Assembly (NCBI GenBank): GCA_040081625.1
Contig: JBEBGD010000007.1
Span: forward strand, 39,526-103,525
Reading direction: 5' to 3'
Source of the DNA: Chthoniobacteraceae bacterium
GTDB lineage: Bacteria; Verrucomicrobiota; Verrucomicrobiia; Chthoniobacterales; Chthoniobacteraceae
DNA: 64,000 nucleotides
Below, piece after piece: positions 48,001 to 55,701 of the stretch. Made by a program: the position numbers and the translations under genes. Under the pieces are notes generated by a model. That model did not search any database and was not told the origin of the DNA. It saw nothing but the letters and a program-made list of their open reading frames with translations. The number at the start of each line of letters is the position of its first letter. Within the stretch, counting starts at the first letter, position 1.

Positions 48001-49219
48001 GCTTGCCGGTCTGGAGCACCTTGCGATCACCCTCGGCGATGATGCGCGCCGTCTCCGCGGGCAGCCAGTCCGCGTCGGTCTTGCCCTTCACGTCGATCTC
48101 AAACTCGACGCCGAACTGCTCCTCGAAGGGTGTGTTCACATAGACGTAGCGGCCCGCGTCATCCTTGATGAAGGCGATCGTCGGGCTGTGTTCCATGAAC
48201 GCCTTGAAACGGTCCTCGCTCTCGCGCAGCGCCAGCTCCGCGCGCTTGCGCTCGGTCAAGTCGCGCCACACCGCGAGCATGGCCGCCTTGTCGTCGAGAT
48301 GCACCCGCGTAAGCGTGAGATCGACAGGAAACACTTCGCCGTCCACGCGCCGGAGCAGCCACTCGTCGCGGAATTCACCGATCTCGATCGCCAGCCGGTG
48401 CATCTCGGCGATCTTCTCCGCCGAGCTGACGCCGTCGCCCTGCCGCGGCGGCGAGAGCGACGCGAAGGTCGCGGCGCACAACGCCTGCTTGTCCTGGTAG
48501 CGCAGCATGAGCACCGCGGCGCGGTTGCAGTCGATGATCCGCTGTCCGTCGAAAAGCACGTGCGCGTCGGCCGTGCTCTCAAAGAGAACTTCGAACCGCT
48601 GCTCGGCAGCGTGCGCCTCGGTCATATCACGCGAGATCGCGAGCAGGCTCTCCGGCTGGCCCGACGCATCGAGCGCCGGCATCACCGTCACATCCCACCA
48701 TTTCATCTGCTGCTTGAAGTTGAACGCGCCGCCCTGAAAACGCGTGCTCTGGCCGATGCGCGCCTGGCCGATCGCCTGCCGCGCCCGCGGCGCCACGTCG
48801 CCGGGCCACAGATCGAGCCACGAGGTATTGAGCACCTGGCCGAGCCGCGCCACGCCGAGCCGCCGCTGCCCCTCGGCGCTCATCGAGAGGATCCGCCCAT
48901 TGAGATCGAGCACGCATGCGCAGTCCCCACTCGCCTCGATCAATCGCGCCTGCGCTACTCCGGCACGCTTGAGCAATTCATCCACGCCTTGCCGCGACCG
49001 CGACTGCTTGCGCCCGAGCACCACCGCAACCCCGAATCCGGCCAGCGACACCACGCAAACGGCCAGGAGAATGCCGCGAACCACACCCGCCTCCGAGTCG
49101 AGTGCCACCGCGCTACGCCAGCCGATGAACGCGATCAGCGCGATAAGCAGCAACGTGCCCGCTGCGACAGCGAGAAAAGTCGGTTGAACAGTGGATCGGG
49201 GCACATGCGCGGAAGGCAC
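45095..49219 (-). CDS. hybrid sensor histidine kinase (2 TM, about 5 PAS, HisKA, HATPase, 2 REC, Hpt)
   Basis: EFLANMSHEIRTPMNG; NLVGNAVKFT; GGTGLGLAI; two receiver domains; AHTLKGSC; start uncertain (GTG 49219 or 49204). Confidence 0.93.
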   Translation of the reverse strand: MPSAHVPRSTVQPTFLAVAAGTLLLIALIAFIGWRSAVALDSEAGVVRGILLAVCVVSLAGFGVAVVLGRKQSRSRQGVDELLKRAGVAQARLIEASGDCACVLDLNGRILSMSAEGQRRLGVARLGQVLNTSWLDLWPGDVAPRARQAIGQARIGQSTRFQGGAFNFKQQMKWWDVTVMPALDASGQPESLLAISRDMTEAHAAEQRFEVLFESTADAHVLFDGQRIIDCNRAAVLMLRYQDKQALCAATFASLSPPRQGDGVSSAEKIAEMHRLAIEIGEFRDEWLLRRVDGEVFPVDLTLTRVHLDDKAAMLAVWRDLTERKRAELALRESEDRFKAFMEHSPTIAFIKDDAGRYVYVNTPFEEQFGVEFEIDVKGKTDADWLPAETARIIAEGDRKVLQTGKPVRILEVVPSAEGDTREWLVLKFPMGTADGHRLIGGVGIDISKQKNAERALREREAEFRGLFDDAPVAYHELDTENRITRVNQTELGMLGYSAEEMVGRPVWDFIVEDTGHDSIPVRLASELHLEATQRSFSRKDGSTVPVLMRHRLITDTNGEVCGMRSTLQDISALKRVEHELRQAEEKYRSIFENAIEGIFQTSPEGRVKSANPALARILGYASPDELSRQLSDIERQLYVDPERRKEFIRIMAEQGAVSGFVSQVYRQDGAVIWISEHARGVMDERGHVLYFEGTVEDITARRAAEDEIAKARDAALESARLKSEFLANMSHEIRTPMNGIIGMTGLLLDSELAPKQRDFTHTIQQSSDALLHIVNDILDFSKIEAGMLIFEEIEFDLPSVVEGATELLSGRAAAKKLELLTMVHSDVPVALRGDPGRLRQVITNLVGNAVKFTENGEVLVRARIVEETWGEAVVRFEICDTGIGIGPEAQAKLFQAFVQADGSTTRKYGGTGLGLAICKQLVKQMGGQIGVQSDSGKGSTFWFTARFGKQQPGKMVAPARRAELQNRRVLAVDDNETSRLVLQHLLAAWGVEQHIVPSGEEALSLMRREANRGRPFELIVIDLTMPGMDGLMLARAIKSDPRISQARLIMLSTLDRKDDLNTFRESGVDDYLTKPVKRKPLLDALLSVVRSQDGPRSLVSGLIAMDAPVAAEPVSKHGPALRILIAEDNVVNQKVALHQLQKLGYLADAVDNGAMVLEALARQRYDLIFMDCQMPELDGYAATGEIRKREGTERHTWIVAMTAHSLEGDREKCLAAGMDDYIAKPVKVEDLKAALDRIEGCKIAEIDVREPVGKDIIDLSALDAFRELDGDGSGGILVQLIAVFLDNTPTLLGELRSAIGDKVLPKVQRLAHTLKGSCSNFGAHRMRDVCFELETRAGAGSLEGAARLLEDIEKAFGHVRVVLEKELPAHAAA

Positions 49220-49271
49220 ATCGTTGAGATAGCAAAATGCTTGCCCACGCCGACTACGCTGTCCCGGCAAC

Positions 49272-49308
49272 AAAAAAACCCTGTCCCGCAAGGAGGCGGA
49301 ACAGGGCT
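49272..49308 (-). terminator. intrinsic terminator after the HU gene
   Basis: On the minus strand CCCTGTTCCGC-loop-GCGGGACAGGG followed by T7. Confidence 0.8.
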
Positions 49309-49341
49309 TTTGAAATAGCGGGGAACTCTCCCCGGCGGCGG

Positions 49342-49617
49342 CTAGAGCTTGGACTTGAGGTCCTTGCCCGCGCCGAACTTCACGCCCTTCGAGGCCTTGA
49401 TCTTGATCTTCTCGCCAGTCTTCGGGTTCACGCCCGTGCGAGCCTTGCGCTGCACGACCTTGAAGGTTCCGAATCCGACGAGCTGCACGGACTTGCCTTT
49501 CTTGAGGCCGGCCTTGATTCCATCGACGACAGCCTCGACCGCGCGCTCCGCGCACGCCTTGCTGCATTCCTTGCCGAGCGATTTCTGCACACTTTCAACG
49601 AGCTCTGCTTTGTTCAT
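49342..49617 (-). CDS. hup: HU family DNA-binding protein
   Basis: [34 protein letters not shown]. Confidence 0.95.
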   Translation of the reverse strand: MNKAELVESVQKSLGKECSKACAERAVEAVVDGIKAGLKKGKSVQLVGFGTFKVVQRKARTGVNPKTGEKIKIKASKGVKFGAGKDLKSKL

Positions 49618-49802
49618 ATGCGTAACGATTTCTCCGAGTGGGTTTGATTGTTTTTGTTACTGGGAAGCTCGGGGTTGGGAAAACTCAACCACCGACGTGC
49701 GCGCGTTCTGCCCACCGGCCCATGGAGCGTCAATACTTCTTCGAAAACTTTTTCGCCCTCGCCGCGTTTGCTTTTGCCCCGCGCGCACGCTCAATCTCGC
49801 GC

Positions 49803-50351
49803 ATGGACTTTCACACACGCGTCGATCGCTTCCTCGGCGCCGCGCCGAAGATTCACGACACCGCCTACATCGCGCCGGGCGCGACCGTCATCGGCGACGT
49901 CACGCTCGGCGAGCAATCCAGCGTGTGGTTCTCCGCCGTGCTGCGCGGCGACATCAACCGCATCGTCGTCGGCCCGCGCAGCAACGTGCAGGACGGCGCC
50001 GTCGTCCACCTCGCGGACGACTTCGGCACCTTCGTCGGCGAACTCGTGACCATCGGCCACAAGGCCGTGCTCCACGCCTGCACCGTCGGCGACGAAGTGC
50101 TCATCGGCATGGGCGCGATCGTGCTCGACGGCGCGGAGATCGGCGCACGCTCCATCATCGGCGCGGGCGCGGTCGTCACCGGCGGGAAGAAGATCCCGCC
50201 CGGTTCGCTCGTGCTCGGCGCGCCGGGCAAGATCGTTCGCACGCTCGCGCTCGATGAGCAGGCCGGGCTCCGCGTGTGGGCCGAGCGCTACGTCGAACTC
50301 TCGCACATCTACCGCGAACGCCAGCCGCAGCCCTTTTCACGCGGGCTTTGA
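49803..50351 (+). CDS. gamma carbonic anhydrase family protein (YrdA-like)
   Basis: VIGDVTLG, VLRGDIN, SNVQDGAVVH, TIGHKAVLHAC. Confidence 0.92.
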   Translation: MDFHTRVDRFLGAAPKIHDTAYIAPGATVIGDVTLGEQSSVWFSAVLRGDINRIVVGPRSNVQDGAVVHLADDFGTFVGELVTIGHKAVLHACTVGDEVLIGMGAIVLDGAEIGARSIIGAGAVVTGGKKIPPGSLVLGAPGKIVRTLALDEQAGLRVWAERYVELSHIYRERQPQPFSRGL

Positions 50352-50385
50352 CATCGCGGGCGCGGGCTGATTTAACGCCGCTCGC

Positions 50386-51762
50386 TTGAGCGCAGAGCCC
50401 GCATCCGGAAAGCCCACAGTGTCGCTGTTCGCAGCGACCTGCATAGTCATTGCCAACATGATCGGCACCGGCGTCTTCACTTCGCTCGGCTTTCAAGTCG
50501 GCGGCCTGCCATCGGGCTTCGTCATCATGCTCCTGTGGCTGCTCGGCGGCGTGTGCGCGCTGTGCGGCGCGCTTTGCTACGCGGAGCTCGCCGCGGCCCT
50601 GCCGCGCTCCGGCGGCGAATACCATCTCATCGGCCGCACGCTCCATCCCCTGCCCGGCTTCCTCGCGGGCTGGCTCTCGGCGACCGTCGGCTTCGCCGCT
50701 CCGATCGCACTCGCGGCGATGGCGCTCGGAAAATACTTCGCCGGCGTGGTGCTGCCAGAGGACGTGATCATGCTCACGCAACCGGCACCGATCGGCCCGT
50801 GGCAGCCGCCCGCGCTCGCGCTCGATGCGATCGTCGCGCTCGCCGTCGTCGCGCTCGTGACCGCGATCCACCTCTTCGGCGTGCGCATCGGCAGCCTTTT
50901 CCAAAACACCACGACCGCCTTCAAGCTCGCGCTCATCGCCGTCGTGCTCGTCGCCGGCTGGCTGGCCGGGAGCACGCAGGGCGTGGCTTTCGTGCCCGCG
51001 ACCGGCGACGCCGCGCTCATCAACTCGACGCCCTTCGCCATCAGCCTCGTCTATGTGATGTATGCCTACACCGGCTGGAATGCGGCCACCTACATCGTCG
51101 GCGAAATCCGCGACCCGGCGCGCAATGTTCCGCGCGCGCTGCTCATCGGCACCGGGCTCGTCACCGTCCTCTACGTCGGCTTGAACGCCGTCTTTCTCCG
51201 CACGACTCCGATGGATGCGCTGCGCGGCAAGGTCGAGGTCGGGCTCGTCGCCGGCCAGCACATCTTCGGCGACACGGGCGGGCGCATCGTCGCCGCGTTC
51301 ATCTGCCTCGGCCTGGTCGCATCGGTCAGCGCGATGACGTGGATCGGCCCGCGCGTCGCGGCGACGATGGGCGAGGACTTCGCCGCGCTGCGATGGCTGG
51401 CGAAGAAGAACGGCGCGGGCGTCCCGGCCACCGCGCTGATCGTGCAATTGATCATCGTCGGTGTGCTCATCGTCACCTCCACGTTCGAGAAAGTGCTGAT
51501 CTACATCCAGCTCGCGCTCACCCTTTTCTCCGCGCTCGCCGTCGTCGGTCTCGTCGTCCTGCGCTGGCGGCAGCCCGGACTGCCGCGGCCCTTTCGCGTG
51601 CCTCTCTATCCGCTCACGCCGCTGATCTTCCTCGCGGTCAGCGGATGGATGCTCTGGCACATCGCCATCGAAAAACCCCGCGAATCCCTCGCCGGGCTCG
51701 CCACCATCGCCGCCGGGCTGCTGCTCTACGCTCTCTCACCGAAATCCAAACCACACCCATGA
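50386..51762 (+). CDS. APC family amino acid permease
   Basis: ANMIGTGVF, YAELAAALPRSGGEY, YAYTGWN, RPFRVPLYP. Confidence 0.92.
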   Translation: MSAEPASGKPTVSLFAATCIVIANMIGTGVFTSLGFQVGGLPSGFVIMLLWLLGGVCALCGALCYAELAAALPRSGGEYHLIGRTLHPLPGFLAGWLSATVGFAAPIALAAMALGKYFAGVVLPEDVIMLTQPAPIGPWQPPALALDAIVALAVVALVTAIHLFGVRIGSLFQNTTTAFKLALIAVVLVAGWLAGSTQGVAFVPATGDAALINSTPFAISLVYVMYAYTGWNAATYIVGEIRDPARNVPRALLIGTGLVTVLYVGLNAVFLRTTPMDALRGKVEVGLVAGQHIFGDTGGRIVAAFICLGLVASVSAMTWIGPRVAATMGEDFAALRWLAKKNGAGVPATALIVQLIIVGVLIVTSTFEKVLIYIQLALTLFSALAVVGLVVLRWRQPGLPRPFRVPLYPLTPLIFLAVSGWMLWHIAIEKPRESLAGLATIAAGLLLYALSPKSKPHP

Positions 51763-52970
51763 AACTGCTCGCAGTCCTCCTCGCATTCGCCGTCGCCGCG
51801 CACGCGCGCGACTACGTCTCCGCCAACGACCAGGCCCGTTACCTCGCCGGCCTGCCCGTCCCGGAAAGCTCCCCACTCGCCGCTTACACAAAGCACCCCG
51901 CATGGCAGCAGCACGCCGCCGAGATGGACGCCGCATGGGCGAAGTGCGAGCGCCAGTCGCTCAGCAAGACGCGCTCGTGGGCCGGCAAATTCGTCAAGTC
52001 CAGCGGCAGCTCCGCGCCTTGCTACTACATGTTCAGCGGGCCGGATATTCTCTACGCGCACACCATTTACCCGAACGCCTCGGCCTACGTCCTCTGCGGC
52101 ATCGAGCCCGTCGGCGGCGTGCCCGACTTGATGAAGACCTCGCCCGATCGCGCCGCCGCCGGCCTCGGCTCGCTGCGTCGTTCCCTCAACAACGTCCTGC
52201 GCTTTTCCTACTTCATCACCAAGGACATGAAGGTCGATCTCGGCGGCAGCGAACTGAGCGGCACCGTGCCCATCCTCTACTTCTTCCTCGCCCGCATGGG
52301 CTGCGACATCACCAACGTCTCGAACACCAACGCCGGCGGCGCGCCCGGCGTGCGCATCGACTTCCGCTCGGGCTTCGGCACGCAGACGGTCTATTACTTC
52401 CGCGGCGATCTCTCGAACGGCGGCAGCGGCGCGGGCGTGATGAGTTACTGCCGCAAGCTCGGCCCGAACGGACTCGGCCTGCTCAAGGCCGCATCCTATC
52501 TCCTCCACGAGGGCAGCTTCTCCTCGTGCCGCGAATTCCTCCTCTCGAACTGCCGCGTGCTCGTGCAGGACGACAGCGGCATCCCGCACCGCAACTTCAC
52601 TCCGCAGCGCTGGCAGCTCCGCTACTTCGGCAGCTACGCCGGCACCACCGGCGGGCCTTTCGCGAAATACTACCAACCCGACCTCGCCGCCGCCTACGGC
52701 TCCGTCAGCCCCGTCGCGATCGACTTCCAGCTCAGCTACCAATGGGACCGCGCGAAGGCGAACCTTGTCGTCGCCACTCGCACCGCCGCGCCCGCACCTC
52801 CGCCGACGCCCAAGCCCATCGTAAAAGCCGCGCCCAAGCCCGCTGCGAAGCCGGTAAAAAAGAGCGCGAAGCCGGCAGCTCAGAATCCGTTCACCAAACT
52901 CTTCGGGCCGAAGGCCACGCCTACTCCGCCAGCAAAGTCCGCAAAAAAGTCCCGTCGGAAAACTTCGTGA
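51759..52970 (+). CDS. secreted hypothetical protein (FSGPD motif) with a Lys/Pro/Ala-rich tail
   Basis: Signal peptide MKLLAVLLAFAVAAHA; YMFSGPDIL, YFITKDM, KAASYLLH, VQDDSGIP; ATG overlaps the permease stop. Confidence 0.8.
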   Translation: MKLLAVLLAFAVAAHARDYVSANDQARYLAGLPVPESSPLAAYTKHPAWQQHAAEMDAAWAKCERQSLSKTRSWAGKFVKSSGSSAPCYYMFSGPDILYAHTIYPNASAYVLCGIEPVGGVPDLMKTSPDRAAAGLGSLRRSLNNVLRFSYFITKDMKVDLGGSELSGTVPILYFFLARMGCDITNVSNTNAGGAPGVRIDFRSGFGTQTVYYFRGDLSNGGSGAGVMSYCRKLGPNGLGLLKAASYLLHEGSFSSCREFLLSNCRVLVQDDSGIPHRNFTPQRWQLRYFGSYAGTTGGPFAKYYQPDLAAAYGSVSPVAIDFQLSYQWDRAKANLVVATRTAAPAPPPTPKPIVKAAPKPAAKPVKKSAKPAAQNPFTKLFGPKATPTPPAKSAKKSRRKTS

Positions 52971-53922
52971 GCACGCCCTGCCGCACGACGATCAAGTTCA
53001 TCGACGGGATCGCATAGAGCCGCTGCCCGCCCGAGCCGATCGAGGCCACGAGATCACCCGGCGCCGCCTTGCTCAGGCACGTGTTGCGCCACGATTGCCG
53101 ATGCCACTTCAGGTGCAGCACATCCTCCGGGTCCACCTCGCGCCCGCCCGACGACGCCAGCCGGTTGTTCCAAAATCCGAGCCCGAACATCGGGTTCGCC
53201 CCCGACCCGCGCAACGCCTGGCCGAGCGACCCATGCAGCACCGGCGCCCCGCCCGCCAGCAGCGCGCGGCCCATCTTCGCCCACTGCAGCGCCGTCATGG
53301 AGAAGCCCGTCGCGAGCAGCGGATTGCCCGACTTGTCCGCGAGATACCGCTGCGAGCCGAGCCCGAGCGGACGCAACACCCGCCGCTCGAGATACCGCGT
53401 CGGCGTCTCCCGCCGCGGCGCCAGCTTGCGCTTGAGCACCTCGTGAAAGCACTGCAACCCGGTCGGCCCATAAATGAAAGTTCCGCCCGGCGAACCGAGC
53501 ACCGGCTGCTTGAGCGCGTATGCGTTGCGGTCGCTCCATCCATCGTTGTGCAGCGAATACGCCTCGTTCAGTCCCGCCGAGAAATTCAGCAGCTCGCGCA
53601 AGGTCAGCCGCGACTTCTTCGCATCGCCCGTCCACTCGGCCAGCGTCGCGCACGCCTTCTCATCGAGATCGAGCAGCCCATCCTCCTGCGCCGCAAGCGC
53701 CGCGAAATTCCAAAAGCCTTTCGTGCCCGAATAAATCTTCGTCGCCGTGCCACGCGATCCGCCATTCCCATACTGCTCGAAGATCACCTTCCCGCCGGAC
53801 ATCACGACCATCGCCGTCCCGCGCTTCGACGCCGAATACGCCGCCGCGCGCCGGATCGCCTCGGGTGAAGGATTCGCGAACACCGCGCCGGCAACGAAGA
53901 CAACAAGGAGAGCCGATTTCAT
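52921..53922 (-). CDS. serine hydrolase, beta-lactamase class C-like family
   Basis: SGTK (SxxK), TLRELLNFSAGL, PGGTFIYG, GSGGQRLYAIPS..LIVVR; signal peptide. Confidence 0.88.
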   Translation of the reverse strand: MKSALLVVFVAGAVFANPSPEAIRRAAAYSASKRGTAMVVMSGGKVIFEQYGNGGSRGTATKIYSGTKGFWNFAALAAQEDGLLDLDEKACATLAEWTGDAKKSRLTLRELLNFSAGLNEAYSLHNDGWSDRNAYALKQPVLGSPGGTFIYGPTGLQCFHEVLKRKLAPRRETPTRYLERRVLRPLGLGSQRYLADKSGNPLLATGFSMTALQWAKMGRALLAGGAPVLHGSLGQALRGSGANPMFGLGFWNNRLASSGGREVDPEDVLHLKWHRQSWRNTCLSKAAPGDLVASIGSGGQRLYAIPSMNLIVVRQGVLTKFSDGTFLRTLLAE

Positions 53923-54001
53923 CGCGCCGACGCTGCCACCGCGCGCCGCGACCGCAAGCTCGCCAAAACCAAATTGCCGCGTAACGTGCCGCCGCGCTTC
54001 C

Positions 54002-54074
54002 GGGGCTGTAGCTCAACGGTTAGAGCAGGCGACTCATAATCGCTTGGTTGCGGGTTCAAGTCCCGCCGGCCCCA
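54002..54074 (+). tRNA. tRNA with CAT anticodon, most likely tRNA-Ile2 (lysidine); CCA not encoded
   Basis: Cloverleaf: acceptor GGGGCTG/CGGCCCC, anticodon arm GGCGA-CTCATAA-TCGCT, T arm GCGGG-TTCAAGT-CCCGC; anticodon arm matches the ileX type as recalled. Confidence 0.92.
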
Positions 54075-55244
54075 CTACCGCCCCGGCATCAGCTCGAAGA
54101 GGAAGCCCTTGAGATACTCCGTCTCCGGCAGCGTGGAGACGATGGGGTGATCGAGGCTCTGCGTGTAGGTCGCGAGTTGCCGCAGCGTTTTCTTCGAATC
54201 GACGACGGCTTCGTTGATGATGTCGCGGAAGCTCTGCGCGCTGACGTGGTGCGAGCAGCAGTAGGTCGCGAGCAGACCGTCGGGCGCGAGCAGCTTGAGC
54301 GCGCGCAGGTGGATTTCCTTGTAGCCGCGGCGCGCGTCATCGACGCGGTTCTTCGACTTCGTAAAGCTCGGCGGGTCGAGGATGATGAGGTCGAAGGTGC
54401 GGTCCTGTCGCTCGAGGTCGTGCAGGATGTCGAAGACGTTGGCGGCGTGGGTTTCGATGCGCAGTTGGTTGCGCGCGGCGTTGCGCTTGATCTGCTCGAC
54501 GCACTCCGCGCTGATCTCGACGGCGGTGACTTCCTTCGCGCCGGCACGGGCGCAGGCGAGGGCGAAGCCGCCGGCGTTTGAAAAGCAATCGAGCACCCGG
54601 CGACCGGCGGCGTGCGGGGCGACGGCGCGGTAGCTGGCGAGTTGGTCGAGGTAGAGGCCGGTCTTCTGCCCGCGCATGAGATCGACCTCGAAGCTGACGC
54701 CATCGACTTCGATGACGAAGGGCTCGGGCGCGGTGCCGTGCAACATGCCGGTGCGGAGTTCGAGGCCCTCGGCCTGGCGCACGGGACTGTCGTTTCGCTC
54801 GACGATGCTGGCGGGTGCGAGTTCGCCGCGCAGGACTTCGACGATTAGGTCGCGGCGCAGGTCCATGCCGAGCGTGAGGGTCTGGAGGACGAGGTGGTCG
54901 CCGTAACGATCGACGATGAGGCCGGGCAGGCCGTCGCTTTCGCTCCACACAAGCCGCGCGAGGCGCATGTCGATGCCGTGACGGGCGCGGTATTGCAGCG
55001 CGAGGCGGATGCGGCGCTGGAAGAAGTCGAGGTCGAGATCCTGCCGCTGCCGGCTGAAGCGGCGAGCGACGATGACGGAGCGTGCATTATATATTGCACT
55101 GCCGAGGAGCTGGTCGCGGTCGGTCTTGAGCGTGACGACTTCGCCATCCTGCGGCTGACCGAGGGGCTTGAGGACTTCGCTGGCATAGACCCAGTCGTGG
55201 CCGTGAAAGATGCGGGAGCGTGGACGAACGATGAGGCCGGGCAT
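54075..55244 (-). CDS. RlmI-like class I SAM-dependent rRNA methyltransferase
   Basis: GHDWVY, ESDGLPGLIVDRY, GQKTGLYLDQ, DLIILDPPSF, PETEYLKG. Confidence 0.9.
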   Translation of the reverse strand: MPGLIVRPRSRIFHGHDWVYASEVLKPLGQPQDGEVVTLKTDRDQLLGSAIYNARSVIVARRFSRQRQDLDLDFFQRRIRLALQYRARHGIDMRLARLVWSESDGLPGLIVDRYGDHLVLQTLTLGMDLRRDLIVEVLRGELAPASIVERNDSPVRQAEGLELRTGMLHGTAPEPFVIEVDGVSFEVDLMRGQKTGLYLDQLASYRAVAPHAAGRRVLDCFSNAGGFALACARAGAKEVTAVEISAECVEQIKRNAARNQLRIETHAANVFDILHDLERQDRTFDLIILDPPSFTKSKNRVDDARRGYKEIHLRALKLLAPDGLLATYCCSHHVSAQSFRDIINEAVVDSKKTLRQLATYTQSLDHPIVSTLPETEYLKGFLFELMPGR

Positions 55245-55259
55245 GTGGAAAAGAGTGGG

Positions 55260-55697
55260 TCAGTCGCGGTGATACGGCCGGCCGGTCTTGATGGTGTAGG
55301 CGCGGTAGAGTTGCTCGAGGGCGACGAGGAGGGCGAGTTCGTGCTGGAGGGTGTGCCTGCCGAGGCTCCAGCACCAGCCGGCGGCCTGGCGCAGTTCGGG
55401 GGTGTGGCCATCGGCGCCGCCGACGATGAGGGCGAGGTCGCGCTTCGCGTGCAGCTCCCATTCGCCGAGCTTGCTCGCGAGGGCGCGGCTGGGGAGGTGC
55501 TCGCCGGTTTCATCGAGCACGATGCGAAACATGGCCTTGCTCCGGTCGAGCAGCGCGGCGCTCTCGCGATCGGGCGCGGCGCGCAGGAAGCTGATCTCGA
55601 CGGGCACGAAGGGTTTCAAGCGCGCGACGTATTCCTCCACGCCGAGCCGCGCGTATTCGAGTTTGGGCTTGCCGATCGCGAGGATGTGCCAGCGCAT
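55260..55697 (-). CDS. rlmH: 23S rRNA (pseudouridine1915-N3)-methyltransferase
   Basis: VGGADG, SLGRHTLQHELA, EQLYRA, PYHR. Confidence 0.95.
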   Translation of the reverse strand: MRWHILAIGKPKLEYARLGVEEYVARLKPFVPVEISFLRAAPDRESAALLDRSKAMFRIVLDETGEHLPSRALASKLGEWELHAKRDLALIVGGADGHTPELRQAAGWCWSLGRHTLQHELALLVALEQLYRAYTIKTGRPYHRD

Positions 55698-55701
55698 CGG
55701 C

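Noticed and set aside
49220..49567. N-terminal extension of the histidine kinase ORF
   Set aside because: It overlaps HU in another frame and crosses HU's terminator.
50535..51758. N-terminal half of the 811-aa track ORF
   Set aside because: Out-of-frame overlap with the permease; the real start is the signal-peptide ATG at 51759.
52921..53922. Bona fide beta-lactam resistance gene
   Set aside because: It has SxxK but lacks canonical YxN and KTG motifs; more likely a generic esterase or peptidase.
54002..54074. tRNA-Met or initiator tRNA call; tRNA-anchored island
   Set aside because: The 1-72 position is paired, the anticodon stem lacks three consecutive G-C pairs and resembles Ile2; no integrase or duplicated 3' end nearby.
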